Assembly (NCBI GenBank): GCA_964203225.1
Contig: CAXNMK010000002.1
Location: 609,664 to 673,663 of the forward strand
From: Kofleriaceae bacterium
GTDB taxonomy: Bacteria; Myxococcota_A; Polyangia; Haliangiales; Haliangiaceae
Length of the DNA: 64,000 nucleotides
Direction: 5' to 3'
Below are positions 7,984 to 19,134 of the stretch, piece by piece. Within the stretch, counting starts at the first letter, position 1. Every line of letters begins with the position of its first letter. Position numbers and translations under genes: made by a program. The notes beneath the pieces are model-generated. The model was not told where the DNA came from, searched no databases, and saw only the letters and a program-made list of their open reading frames with translations.

Positions 7984-10592
7984 GGCTGGAGCTCCCCGCT
8001 GAGGAAGTCCGCGAGCTCGCGTACCCCGCGGAAGTACGCGGGCTCGAGCGGGATCGTGATGAACCCGTGCTCGCCGAGGTAGTCGCGGCGCGGCGCGCCG
8101 GTGACCTGCTGGAGCAGCTTCGTCGCCGCGTTCGGGATGATGAAGTCGAGCGTGGCCATCTGGATCAGCAGCGAGCGGGCACCGGTGATCGGGCCCAGGT
8201 GCTGCGGATCGACCGCGTCCATGAACCAGTGCGCCACGGTGAGGAACCGCCGGCCGTCGTAGCTGTCGCGCTCGATGCCCTGGCGCGTGAACAGCGCGTC
8301 GAGCTGGGCGCTGAAGAACGTGGAGTCGTCGAACATCGGGATCAAGTCCGCGCCCGGCACGTTGAGGACCGCGCGCTCGATGTCCGGATCGGTGCCGAGG
8401 AACACCGCGCCCATGATCCCGCCGAGCGACTGACCGGCGTAGAGCATCCGCGAGGTGTCGACGGGATGGCCGAGGACCGGCTCCCACGCGCCGCTGCGCA
8501 GCGAGCGATCGAGCGCGCCGAGATCGATCAGCGCCTGCTGGAAGTGGTCCTTGCTGTTCGAGATGTGGTCGATCTCGAGGAACACGGCGCCGGAGGCGAC
8601 GGGCATGTCGATCACGCCCCACGTCGCGAGCGCGTTGCCCTGGCCCTGCGCGTCGACGCAGCGGCCCTCGTCGTTGCACGTGGTACCGGCGCGGCACGGG
8701 TTCAGGGACGCGAGGCTGCCGGTGAACGGGTTGACCACGGACACCGGCCCGCCCCGCGCGCAGTAGGTGCGCTCGCCGTGGTACGGAAAGTCGATCGAGA
8801 TCGTGGCGTAGCCCTTGGCGGCGAGCGCGCTGCCGACGGCGAGCACGAACCGGCGCTCGGTGACCAGGCCGTGGCCGAACATCACCACGGGCATCGGCCC
8901 GGGCGCCGGGTCCGAGGGCACGGTCATCGTGAACCGGACGTCCTCGAGCACGTGCCCGCCGTCGCCGCGCCACGCGCGCGTGATCGGATCGAGGAACACC
9001 GGCGAGCTGATCGTGCCGTGGACGACACGGTCCACGTTCAGCAGCGAGCCGATGCCGAACGGGAAGTCGAGCAGCGCCTGCCCGGGGCTCTGGGTGGTGA
9101 CGCTCGCCGGATCCGCGGGCACGTCGAGGCGCGCGGCGGTCTCGCGCAGCGCGCGCAGCGGGGCGGTCACGCTCATCGTGGTGAACGGCCACGCGGCGAG
9201 CAGGTCGTCGCGGCCGAGGACATCGAGCGCCGCGGCGAGCTTGGCGCGCGAGGCCTCGAGCTTCGCGGCGTCGCGGTCCGTGATCGACGGGATCTGGCTC
9301 CGGCCGCCCTCGAGCAGGGGGGCGCGCGCCGCGAGCAGCGCGCCGATCGGCATCGCCACCACGGGCACGCCGTCGGCGTCGCGCACGCCCGCGCTCACCA
9401 CCACCGCGTAGGTCGTGGTCTCGGCGAGCCGACCCGCCTTCGGCGTCACCACCAGGTGGCGGCGATCCGCGAGCAGCTCCACGGAGGCCGGCACGCGCAC
9501 GGGCGTGCCCTCGATCTGGTAGATCGCCACGGTGCTCTCGCCGACGGTGCTCGGCGTCACCGGCTGCGTCAGCTCGAACAGCTGGCTGCCCGACAGCGCC
9601 GCGCCATCGAACGCGGCGAGCGCGCGCTTGGCCTCGGCCTCGAGATCGGTGTCCCACGGCGCGACCGGCGCGTCGATCTTGCCGGTGGTCGGATCGAGGA
9701 ACAGGTCGATCGGCAGCGGCATCCGCTGCGACGGCTGGTCCATCGCCAGCTCGGTGTGGGTGGTCACGGTGAACGCCCACAGCGCGGCGATCTCGGCGCG
9801 CGGCAGGCCGGTGGCCTCGAACCGCGCGAACGCGGGCGCCAGATCGAGCCGGATGTCCTCGAGCTGCTGCGCGTTCGCGCGGCGCTCCTCGGCGGTGACG
9901 CCGGGGAACGCGCGCTCGTGCGCTGGATCCGTCAGCGGCGTGGTCAGCCGCAGGAAGTAGAACGCGGCGTCGCACTCCACGCGCTCGCCATCGAGCCCGG
10001 CCAGGCCGCGCGCTCCGCCGCGCGCCACCGCCACGTAGCGCTCGCCGCGCTCCCAGCCGGTGCGCGGGGGATCGATGGTGAGCGTCCGACCGTCGGCGGA
10101 CACGTGGAGGCGGACGTCCTCGACGCGGTCGGGCTCACCGGTGCGCGGCCAGTGCCACACCTGCACGGTGCCGCTCGACACGCTGGCCGGATCGATCGCG
10201 CCGGTCAGCTCGAGCGTCGCGGAGGCCAGGGTCGACCAGCCGTCGAGCGTCTCGAGGAAGGTGAACAGCTCCGCCTCGGCGGGCGTCAGCGCTGCGCGCT
10301 CCTCGGCGGTGTCGTTGGGCAGGTCGAGGCGCGCGGCCGCGGCGTCGCGCAGCACGTCGGTCGGCATCGGGATCACGCGCGCGTCGGGATCGAACCGCGC
10401 GTGGATGACGGCGGGCGGCGGATCGAGCGTCAGGCTCGAGCACGCTCCGAGCCCGACGAGGAAGGTGACGGTGAGCTGGTGGAGCGTGGTGATGGCAGCA
10501 GGTCGCACGGGCGGGCCCCCCCCCCTGTTGGTTGGGGCCGGTTGTGGCGCGCGGGGGGGCCCCCCGTCAACACCTTGTTGACCAACGTTCAA
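7980..10592 (-). CDS. secreted alpha/beta-hydrolase (lipase/esterase) lipoprotein
   Basis: It has a lipobox (FLVGLGACSS) and a nucleophile elbow GQSLGG. The protein is long and non-Arg-rich. The start is unclear: only a TTG at 10592 is in frame before the signal peptide, and the 5' end contains C10 / G7 / C6 homopolymer runs (10516-10565). Confidence 0.7.
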   Translation of the reverse strand: MNVGQQGVDGGPPRAPQPAPTNRGGGPPVRPAAITTLHQLTVTFLVGLGACSSLTLDPPPAVIHARFDPDARVIPMPTDVLRDAAAARLDLPNDTAEERAALTPAEAELFTFLETLDGWSTLASATLELTGAIDPASVSSGTVQVWHWPRTGEPDRVEDVRLHVSADGRTLTIDPPRTGWERGERYVAVARGGARGLAGLDGERVECDAAFYFLRLTTPLTDPAHERAFPGVTAEERRANAQQLEDIRLDLAPAFARFEATGLPRAEIAALWAFTVTTHTELAMDQPSQRMPLPIDLFLDPTTGKIDAPVAPWDTDLEAEAKRALAAFDGAALSGSQLFELTQPVTPSTVGESTVAIYQIEGTPVRVPASVELLADRRHLVVTPKAGRLAETTTYAVVVSAGVRDADGVPVVAMPIGALLAARAPLLEGGRSQIPSITDRDAAKLEASRAKLAAALDVLGRDDLLAAWPFTTMSVTAPLRALRETAARLDVPADPASVTTQSPGQALLDFPFGIGSLLNVDRVVHGTISSPVFLDPITRAWRGDGGHVLEDVRFTMTVPSDPAPGPMPVVMFGHGLVTERRFVLAVGSALAAKGYATISIDFPYHGERTYCARGGPVSVVNPFTGSLASLNPCRAGTTCNDEGRCVDAQGQGNALATWGVIDMPVASGAVFLEIDHISNSKDHFQQALIDLGALDRSLRSGAWEPVLGHPVDTSRMLYAGQSLGGIMGAVFLGTDPDIERAVLNVPGADLIPMFDDSTFFSAQLDALFTRQGIERDSYDGRRFLTVAHWFMDAVDPQHLGPITGARSLLIQMATLDFIIPNAATKLLQQVTGAPRRDYLGEHGFITIPLEPAYFRGVRELADFLSGELQP

Positions 10593-10638
10593 TGATGCCG
10601 CGCTCGCGCCCGACGCCGGGTGGGCGAGCCCTGCCGGG

Positions 10639-11757
10639 TCAGCGCGTGTAGATCAGGCCGGCGTACAGCGACGCGCGGCGGAACGACGCCTGGACATCGT
10701 TTCCGAGGTTGCGCCAGATCGCGCCGCGGCCCTCGATCGACCACGCCCCCGCCACCGGGCGTGCGATCCGGAGCTGGACGGAGCTGCGGTTCTCGTCCTC
10801 GAGGCTGGTGAACTCCGAGCGGTTGAGCGCGGTCTTGAGCACGAGGCCGTCGGGGAACTGGTCGAGCTGGAGCTGTCCGAGCACGGTGCCGTACAGGCCG
10901 CCGGGCAAGGCGGTGGTTGCCGAGGCGGTCGCGCGGTGGCGGACCAGCGACTGGCCGTAGCTGTTCGAGTCGATCACGGACAGCTGGTAGCCCGCGGCGG
11001 TGATGATCGCGCCGGTCCACGTGATCTCGGCGCCGACGCGCGACACCCGATCGCGCCGCTCGATCGACGTCCCGGCGGAGCACATGTCGCTCGGCGGGGC
11101 GGCGGCGGGGCAGGCGTTGGCGAGCGCGGTCGATGCGTACGTGCGGTCCTCGAACGCGGCGAACGTGGCGAGCTCCAGCGAGCGGGCGCCCCCCGGCGGC
11201 TGCCACAGCGTGCGATCGAGGCGCGCGCTGACGACCGGGCCGACCCAGTCGAACTGGCGATCGACCTTGTACGTGAAGCTGCGCGCGCCGGCGGCGAACG
11301 ACAGCGTCGTGACCTCGCCGCCATCGAGCGACAGCAGCGCGTCCGCGCCGAGGTTCCGGAACGTGCGCGCGCCGACCGCCTCGGTGATCGGCAGCGCGTC
11401 CGCGGCGAGCATGGCCACGCCGAGCGACACCGGGCGCGCCTCGATCGGGCGCAGGTACCGCGCATCCGCGGTGATGAGCGTGACGTTCTCCGTCGAGGTG
11501 GCCGGGTCCGCGACCACGCGCGACAGCGTGGACAGCATCAGCCCGTACGCTCCACCGGCGAGCGTGTCCTTGTGGCCGAGCTTGCCGCCGACGAGCAGCA
11601 CGCCGGCGACGATGCGCGTGGTGTCGATGCCAGGCCCGGTCTCGACGCGCTGGACGTTGGTGTCGGCCTCGCCTCCGCCCTCGAGCGTCACCGTCCACGG
11701 CGCCGCGTGTGCGACGCCGACGGTCGCGAGCACGACGCTGATCGCCGCGTGGCGCAT
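10639..11757 (-). CDS. secreted hypothetical protein, possibly an outer-membrane beta-barrel
   Basis: The ATG at 11757 is followed by a signal peptide (MRHAAISVVLATVGVAHA). The sequence is beta-rich and ends ...AGLIYTR. The upstream Arg-rich extension was rejected. Confidence 0.55.
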   Translation of the reverse strand: MRHAAISVVLATVGVAHAAPWTVTLEGGGEADTNVQRVETGPGIDTTRIVAGVLLVGGKLGHKDTLAGGAYGLMLSTLSRVVADPATSTENVTLITADARYLRPIEARPVSLGVAMLAADALPITEAVGARTFRNLGADALLSLDGGEVTTLSFAAGARSFTYKVDRQFDWVGPVVSARLDRTLWQPPGGARSLELATFAAFEDRTYASTALANACPAAAPPSDMCSAGTSIERRDRVSRVGAEITWTGAIITAAGYQLSVIDSNSYGQSLVRHRATASATTALPGGLYGTVLGQLQLDQFPDGLVLKTALNRSEFTSLEDENRSSVQLRIARPVAGAWSIEGRGAIWRNLGNDVQASFRRASLYAGLIYTR

Positions 11758-11803
11758 GGTCGCAGCGTATCGCAACGGACGGTGCTCGTGGTACGCAGCG
11801 CCC

Positions 11804-12208
11804 ATGCGAGCCGTCCTCCTGGTGCTGGCCCTCCTCGGCACCACCGCCGCCTGCAAGGCGGACAAGAACAAGTGCGAGGCGGCGTGCCGCAACCACTTCA
11901 CGCTCGTGTACAAGGCCGAGCTCGACGCCGAGCTCGCGAAGGCGCCCGAGGCCTGCCCGCCCGCCGCCGCCGTGCCCGCCCCGGGCGAGGCCGAGCGCGC
12001 CAGGGCCCAGGCCGCGGTCTTCGGCACCGAGGTCGGCTGCGTCGATCGCAAGACGCTCAAGGCCCGGCGCAACGCCGAGTTCTCGAGTCGCCTCGAGAAC
12101 GGCGTCAACCTGTGCATCGAGGGCTGCGTGTCCGCCGGCAACGACGACCAGATGGAGTGCCTGATCAAGGCGAAGACCGCCAAGGCCTCGAAGGCCTGCC
12201 TGGACTGA
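11804..12208 (+). CDS. small Cys-containing lipoprotein
   Basis: The ATG is at 11804. It has a lipobox (LLGTTAAC) and eight Cys. It is divergent from the 10639..11757 gene with a 46-bp spacer. Confidence 0.55.
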   Translation: MRAVLLVLALLGTTAACKADKNKCEAACRNHFTLVYKAELDAELAKAPEACPPAAAVPAPGEAERARAQAAVFGTEVGCVDRKTLKARRNAEFSSRLENGVNLCIEGCVSAGNDDQMECLIKAKTAKASKACLD

Positions 12209-12263
12209 CACGAACGAGCGACGCGGCGGCGGCCGGCGCTCACCGCACCTGCGCCGCGGCGGC

Positions 12264-12890
12264 TCAGCGACGGTGAGCGCGGATCGTGGCGCCGCCGAAC
12301 CCGCCTCCGCCGGGTGACGGCGCCGGGCGGTCGTAGCCGCTGTCCCGGTGATCGCGGATCTTGTCGTCCTTGCGTTCATCCGTTCTGTCGTCGGCCTTCT
12401 CGTTGTCGCGGTGATCGCGAATCTTCACGGGCTCGTCGCGTCCGTCGCGGCTGCCATCGCGGGGCGGGACGTCGAGTGGGACGTCGAGCGCGAGGCCGAT
12501 GCCGAGCGCAGCGATGTCCGGCGGCACGGGCTCGCCAGGCAGCATCCAGCCGCCGGCGTTGCACACCCAGCGGCCGTCGATCCAGGCCCACGCGCCGGGC
12601 AGCCAGCGCGCGCCCTCGATCGGCGGCTCGCCGGGCTCCTCGACGAGCGGGGCAGGGCGGGGCGGCCGCGGCACCGCGCCGAGACCCTCCCAGCGCGCCC
12701 GCAGCGCGCCGCGGACGTGGGTCGCCTGGGCGAGCCGATGCTGCAGCGGGGCTGTCGGCATCACCGTCGGTCGCGGATCCGGTGTCTGTCCGGGTGCCTG
12801 CGCGGCGGCCGGCGAGGCGAGCGCGCCGATGGCGGCGAGCGCGAGGAGCGTGGACAGCAGCAGCCCGCGGACGTCGCCAGCAGCACGCAT
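12264..12890 (-). CDS. secreted hypothetical protein with a charged C-terminal tail
   Basis: The ATG is at 12890. It has a signal peptide (LLLSTLLALAAIGALASPAAAQA), a W-rich block (WLPGAWAWIDGRWVCNAGGW) and a tail RDHRDNEKADDRTDERKDDKIRDHRD. Confidence 0.5.
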   Translation of the reverse strand: MRAAGDVRGLLLSTLLALAAIGALASPAAAQAPGQTPDPRPTVMPTAPLQHRLAQATHVRGALRARWEGLGAVPRPPRPAPLVEEPGEPPIEGARWLPGAWAWIDGRWVCNAGGWMLPGEPVPPDIAALGIGLALDVPLDVPPRDGSRDGRDEPVKIRDHRDNEKADDRTDERKDDKIRDHRDSGYDRPAPSPGGGGFGGATIRAHRR

Positions 12891-12961
12891 GGCACCGAGC
12901 GGGCGCAAGTGCCCCGCCACGGCGCGCGCACGCGGGCGCTGGCGTTGGCCCCGCGCTTGCG

Positions 12962-13435
12962 ATGCCCATGACCATGAAGTCGGAGCTCTCACGGCGTGGC
13001 GCCTATTTGCAGGCGGTCGAGCATGGCGTCCAGCACGGGCCGGGCGTCCTGGCGGCGGCGGTGCGTGACGCCAGCACCACGGTCGCACGCGACAGTGTGG
13101 TGCGGCCGCAACGCTGGTGGATCGCGCTGCGCGCGGCGATCGTGACGGCGATCGCGCTGGCGCTGCTCGCGTGTGGCGGACCTACCCGCACCGACACGTA
13201 CGCCCGCGGCGCCGATCTCCAGGAGGCGTGCTGCGAGAGCCTGGCAGGCGCGCCGCGCGATGCCTGCCAGCGCGCGATCGTCCGCATCCAGGATCCCGGC
13301 GCGGCGGCGACCGCCACCAACCAGCAGACCTACGCGTGTGTGGTCGACCACTTCGTCTGTGATCCCGCGACCGGGCACGAGACCGCAGCCAGCGCACAGG
13401 CCCAGCACGATTGCACGGACGAGCTGCTACAATGA
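12962..13435 (+). CDS. small lipoprotein or membrane-anchored Cys-rich protein
   Basis: There is a hydrophobic stretch with a lipobox-like LALLACGG, then a Cys-rich C-terminus (CCESLAGAPRDACQ...YACVVDHFVC...HDC). The start may be the internal GTG near 13094. Confidence 0.4.
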   Translation: MPMTMKSELSRRGAYLQAVEHGVQHGPGVLAAAVRDASTTVARDSVVRPQRWWIALRAAIVTAIALALLACGGPTRTDTYARGADLQEACCESLAGAPRDACQRAIVRIQDPGAAATATNQQTYACVVDHFVCDPATGHETAASAQAQHDCTDELLQ

Positions 13436-13438
13436 AGG

Positions 13439-13757
13439 CGTGACGTCACGCCCCTCGCGGACCCACGCTCAGCGGCTCGCCGCGCGGGTGCGCTGGCTCG
13501 AGCGCTGGCGGCGCGTCACCGCGGTGCTGGTCGCCGCCGTCGCCGCGCCGATGTCGGTCGCCTGGCTGCTGTCCGCGGCGAACATCGGGACGCGGCCAGG
13601 CGTGTACGTGCTGCTGGTCCCGCTGATCGCCGCGATCACCTGGTGGTTCGTCGAGGCCGGCCTCGGCCTGCTCACCGCGGTGTGGGAGACCGATCTCGAG
13701 CGCGAGCTCGGGTGCGAGCTCCCCCGCGCCGAGTTGCTGCCGCCGCGCGATCGGTAA
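13439..13757 (+). CDS. small two-TM membrane protein
   Basis: A GTG lies 3 nt after the previous stop and is preceded by GAAGG. Two hydrophobic helices are present (VTAVLVAAVAAPMSVAWLL and VYVLLVPLIAAITWWFV). Confidence 0.4.
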
Positions 13758-13758
13758 G

Positions 13759-13878
13759 GGCCCGCGAACGGACATATCGATCGATGATCGCGGTCGAGCC
13801 GCGCCGCGGGCGAGGAGCAACGACGCCCCCGGGGATGGATCGGCGGTGAGGGCGATTGAGATGTCCGTTCGCGGGCCC
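13759..13878. repeat. perfect 18-bp inverted repeat (GGGCCCGCGAACGGACAT ... ATGTCCGTTCGCGGGCCC) flanking an 84-bp spacer
   Basis: Arm 1 (13759-13776) is the exact reverse complement of arm 2 (13861-13878). The element sits between two convergent genes, downstream of groEL. Confidence 0.8.
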
Positions 13879-13890
13879 TGAGCCTGCAGG

Positions 13891-13950
13891 CCGACCGTGG
13901 GCCGACCGTGGGCCGACCGTGGGCCGACCGTGGGCCGACCGTGGGCCGAA
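13891..13950. repeat. 12-bp direct tandem repeat (GCCGACCGTGGG) x5
   Basis: Five perfect head-to-tail copies lie immediately after the inverted-repeat element. Confidence 0.85.
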
Positions 13951-14015
13951 ACGAGCAACGGCGCCCGGTGAGGGGCGCCGTGACCGTGCGTGCGCGGGTG
14001 CGTACGCGGCGTGGA

Positions 14016-15987
<1,972 letters not shown>

Positions 15988-16018
15988 AAGGGCTCCTCAG
16001 AAGGGTGGTCGACGTTTG

Positions 16019-16045
16019 TTAGCACTCACCCGAGGCGACTGCTAA
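16019..16045. promoter_or_regulatory. CIRCE operator (HrcA binding site) upstream of groES
   Basis: The sequence is TTAGCACTC-N9-GACTGCTAA, against the consensus TTAGCACTC-N9-GAGTGCTAA (one mismatch). It lies 32 nt upstream of the groES start. Confidence 0.85.
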
Positions 16046-16251
16046 CCGGCGCCTTGGTAAGGCTGGCGCGGCGTGTGCGCAAGCCCCCAGGTGAGTGATT
16101 TTGCTGATCGCCCGGGGCGATCGCGGGAGCGCCGGGAGGCGCGGTGTCGCAGCGCGATCCGGGGGCTCGCACCCGGGTTCCGGAGGTGGAGCTAACCCCC
16201 CTACATCACCAAGGAACTTGAATTGGTACCCGATCGGCTGAACATCGAATC

Positions 16252-16836
16252 ATGGACGTCACCCTGGCAGTTTCCGTGGACGCCTTCTTCCATGAAGCGG
16301 TGACCGACGCCCTGTCGGCGGTCGACCTCGAAGCCTCTGAACCCGCGAGCTGGTACCTGGTGTCGCTGCTGGGCGACTTCACCCGGGCCCGCCTCACGGA
16401 CGAGCCCCTCGGGCTCAAGCTGGTGGGGGCCGGGAGTGATCCCGGGGAACGGGTCAAGACGCTCAAGCACGTGGGGGACACCTCCCTGTACGTGGCCGGG
16501 TTCTTCGCCGGATCCCTCAGCCGGTCCCTGGTCGACGTCGAGTACTACGTGGGCCTGGGCCAGAGCGCCTACAGCCAGCTCGCGCGCACGTTCGGCACCA
16601 CGCGTGGATCGTCGCACCACCTGGCGGACGTCTACCAGGAGCTGGCGGCCGAGTTCCCGCGGTTCGTCGATGTGCTGATGGAGGTCCGCAAGCGGACCCA
16701 CATGGCCGAGATGAACGCCGAGACCGACATCACCAAGCTCTACGAGATCTGGCTGCGCACCCGCGACGAGTGGGTGGAGAAGAAGCTGATGGCGGCCGGC
16801 CTGATCGTCGACCCGGGTAGCAAGGTGATCCAGTAG
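16252..16836 (+). CDS. hypothetical protein (194 aa), divergent from groESL
   Basis: The composition is non-Arg-rich. No family was recognised. Confidence 0.5.
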   Translation: MDVTLAVSVDAFFHEAVTDALSAVDLEASEPASWYLVSLLGDFTRARLTDEPLGLKLVGAGSDPGERVKTLKHVGDTSLYVAGFFAGSLSRSLVDVEYYVGLGQSAYSQLARTFGTTRGSSHHLADVYQELAAEFPRFVDVLMEVRKRTHMAEMNAETDITKLYEIWLRTRDEWVEKKLMAAGLIVDPGSKVIQ

Positions 16837-17474
16837 TGCGGCCGCTCGCGCGGGTGCAGCGCGGGCTCGAGGCGATGTACCGCGTCGAGACCGGCGTCGA
16901 GGTCGGCGACTTCATGGTGGGCACCAGCTACCGCGATGGCATCGCCCCCGCCCGCAGGGCGCGCGAGCAGCTGTTCGTGGTCGAGGCCCACGGCGAGATG
17001 AGCATCGCCCTCTACATCGAGGAGGGCGCGCTCGCGAACCTGGCCGCCAACGATCCGGCGCGCCAGCTCGGCGACCACAACCTCGGCGACTTCCTGCTCG
17101 CGATCGAGGGCGTGTCGCACTTCATCTACACCGTGTGCTGCGCGCGGGCCGAGCGCCCGGTCAGCCAGCTCGAGCTCGAGCTGCAGGCCGAGGTCGACAA
17201 GTACGTCACGTGCCTGCTCACCGTGGCGCCCGACGGCGGCCTGTCGGAGCTGCTGCGCCACCGCCTGTTCGGCGACGCGATCTACGAGCCCGATCTCGAC
17301 GTCGACGAGCACGACCGCTACCGGGTCGCCAACGACAACGCGCTCCGCTATGCGACCTACCTCGAGGCCAGCTACGTCCGGCCGCGCAAGATCCCCGAGA
17401 TGCTCGCCGAGCTGCGCCGGTTCTACCGGCAGGGGCTGGCCGCCAAGCTCGCGATGATCGCGCGCGCGGCCTAG
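16836..17474 (+). CDS. hypothetical protein (212 aa), translationally coupled to the previous gene
   Basis: A GTG start overlaps the upstream TAG (TAGTG). The composition looks like normal coding sequence. Confidence 0.5.
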   Translation: MRPLARVQRGLEAMYRVETGVEVGDFMVGTSYRDGIAPARRAREQLFVVEAHGEMSIALYIEEGALANLAANDPARQLGDHNLGDFLLAIEGVSHFIYTVCCARAERPVSQLELELQAEVDKYVTCLLTVAPDGGLSELLRHRLFGDAIYEPDLDVDEHDRYRVANDNALRYATYLEASYVRPRKIPEMLAELRRFYRQGLAAKLAMIARAA

Positions 17475-17707
17475 GGGGCAGGCGATCGCGCATCCTGGTG
17501 CCGTGTCAGGCGGCCTTCTTGCGGATGGCAATCCCACGGTCGAGCGGATCGAGTTCGGGTTCGCGCGCGCCGCGATCTCGCCGACGCTGGAGGGGATGTC
17601 CGCGGCGGTGAGTGCGCTGTCGCCGACGCGCGATCTGGCGCTGTGCTCGAGCGGTGAGCGCGCTTTTGGCCACCCGGAGCGCCGACGTGACGTGTAGGCT
17701 GCGCGCC

Positions 17708-18835
17708 GTGATCCGCCCCGCTCATGTTGCGCTGCTCGCGGCCCTGGCCGCGTGCGGCAGCGAGTCAGACCCGCTGTCCGAGGCCGACGCAGGTCCGGGC
17801 GCCGACGCACCCGCCGACGCGGCCGTCGATGGAATCGCGCCTCCGGAGATCTACCCGGACGCGGCGGCGCCCGGCGACGGAGACACCGCCGTGGACATCG
17901 CGGCGACCACGACGGCGATGTTCCGCATCGACGTCGAGCCCGATCAGCACGTCGGCGTCCACCTCACGTTCGCGCCGCAGCCGGGCGTCGTGATGGCGGT
18001 CGAGCGGTGGGACGGCATGGCGCCGACCACGATCGGCCAGACCGACGCGGGGATCGGGCGGCGCGTGCTCGCGGTGCGGGATGCCGAGGTGCGCCGCACC
18101 TACTGGGTCCGGGTGACCGCGGGACCGGCGCCGCTCGTCGGTACGCTCGCGGTGACCCGCACCGCGTTCGAGGACGGCACCGCGTGCGCGTCCGACTGCG
18201 CCCGGCTCCTCCAGCTGCCGCTGGCCAACGACCCGGCCCACGACGGCTACGCGACCGACGCCAGCACCGTGTTCCGGTACTGGTTCGGCCGCCGCGATCT
18301 GGTGATGTTCGTGCGCGCCGCCGGCCGCGCCCAGGCCACCGCCGGGCGCCAGCCGTTCGTCCCGCAGGATCTGTCGCAGTGGGATGGCGCGACGCCGGGG
18401 GCGGACGTCGGTGCCCCTCGCCATGCCTCGCACCAGCGCGGCAAGGACGTCGACCTGTCGGTGTATGGCACCGATGGCCTCGCGCCGTGGCGCAGCTACT
18501 GCACGACCACCACGACCAGCGGCGGCCGTGAGTGCGTCGCGGGCTCGGCGCGTGACTTCGGCGGCCAGGCCACCGCCATCGCGCTCAGCACGATGTTCGC
18601 CACCGGCCGCGTCACCATGAGCTTCCTCGACCGCGAGCTGATCGACCAGCTCGTCCCCGGCGCAGAGGCCGCTGCGGCCGGCGGTGCGCTCGCCCCGTCG
18701 CTGGTGCCACTCTACGGCGACGGCCAGCACGTCCAGCACTGGCCCAACCACGACAACCACATCCACATTCGCGTCAGCGAGGACACGGCGGCCAGGCCCG
18801 CGCCGGGCGCGGTGGCGCCGTTCGAGGCGCCGTGA
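17708..18835 (+). CDS. LAS-family metallopeptidase lipoprotein (MepA/M74-like murein endopeptidase)
   Basis: It has a lipobox (LAALAACGS), the motif HASHQRGKDVDL and a C-terminal HDNHIHIRV (HxH), matching the Zn ligands of MepA-like enzymes. A GTG start is proposed at 17708. Confidence 0.55.
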   Translation: MIRPAHVALLAALAACGSESDPLSEADAGPGADAPADAAVDGIAPPEIYPDAAAPGDGDTAVDIAATTTAMFRIDVEPDQHVGVHLTFAPQPGVVMAVERWDGMAPTTIGQTDAGIGRRVLAVRDAEVRRTYWVRVTAGPAPLVGTLAVTRTAFEDGTACASDCARLLQLPLANDPAHDGYATDASTVFRYWFGRRDLVMFVRAAGRAQATAGRQPFVPQDLSQWDGATPGADVGAPRHASHQRGKDVDLSVYGTDGLAPWRSYCTTTTTSGGRECVAGSARDFGGQATAIALSTMFATGRVTMSFLDRELIDQLVPGAEAAAAGGALAPSLVPLYGDGQHVQHWPNHDNHIHIRVSEDTAARPAPGAVAPFEAP

Positions 18836-18903
18836 TCCGACGCGCGCGCTGACGCCGCGACGCCGGCAGGGCGCGCTGGACTCCCGCGCTCGCCTGGGTC
18901 TTG

Positions 18904-19134
18904 TCAGGGGACGTCGACCGACCGCGCCTCGATCCGGTAGTCCCCGTTCGTCTCGTACACCCGTGCATCGATGATCAGGTCGATGCAGCCGGACTCCGCG
19001 GTCCACAGATCGACGAACCGACCCCCGCGGAGCTCGTCGAGTGCCTGCCGTGGCTCGAGCCCCAGGACGGGCATGTTCAGTGGCCCGCGCATGCGCGTGC
19101 GACGGTGGCCGATCTCGCGCGGAGGCTGGGCCAT
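18904..19134 (-). CDS. small hypothetical protein (about 76 aa)
   Basis: The C-terminal 76 aa of the 18904..19323 ORF have normal composition. The ATG shares the palindromic CCATGG with the divergent gene. The start could be an internal Met. Confidence 0.35.
   Translation of the reverse strand: MAQPPREIGHRRTRMRGPLNMPVLGLEPRQALDELRGGRFVDLWTAESGCIDLIIDARVYETNGDYRIEARSVDVP

Noticed and set aside
6718-9975. 1085-aa minus-strand ORF overlapping the lipase gene in another frame
   Set aside because: Upstream of 7983 it is extremely Arg/Gly/Ala/Pro-rich (typical off-frame read-through in >70% GC DNA). It overlaps the well-supported lipase ORF. Only its last 421 codons (the FadL-like gene) show real coding character.
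8067-10595. 842-aa plus-strand ORF antisense to the lipase gene
   Set aside because: The composition is Arg/Glu/Gly/Asp-rich with no motifs. It is antisense to a gene with a lipobox and a GQSLGG hydrolase motif.
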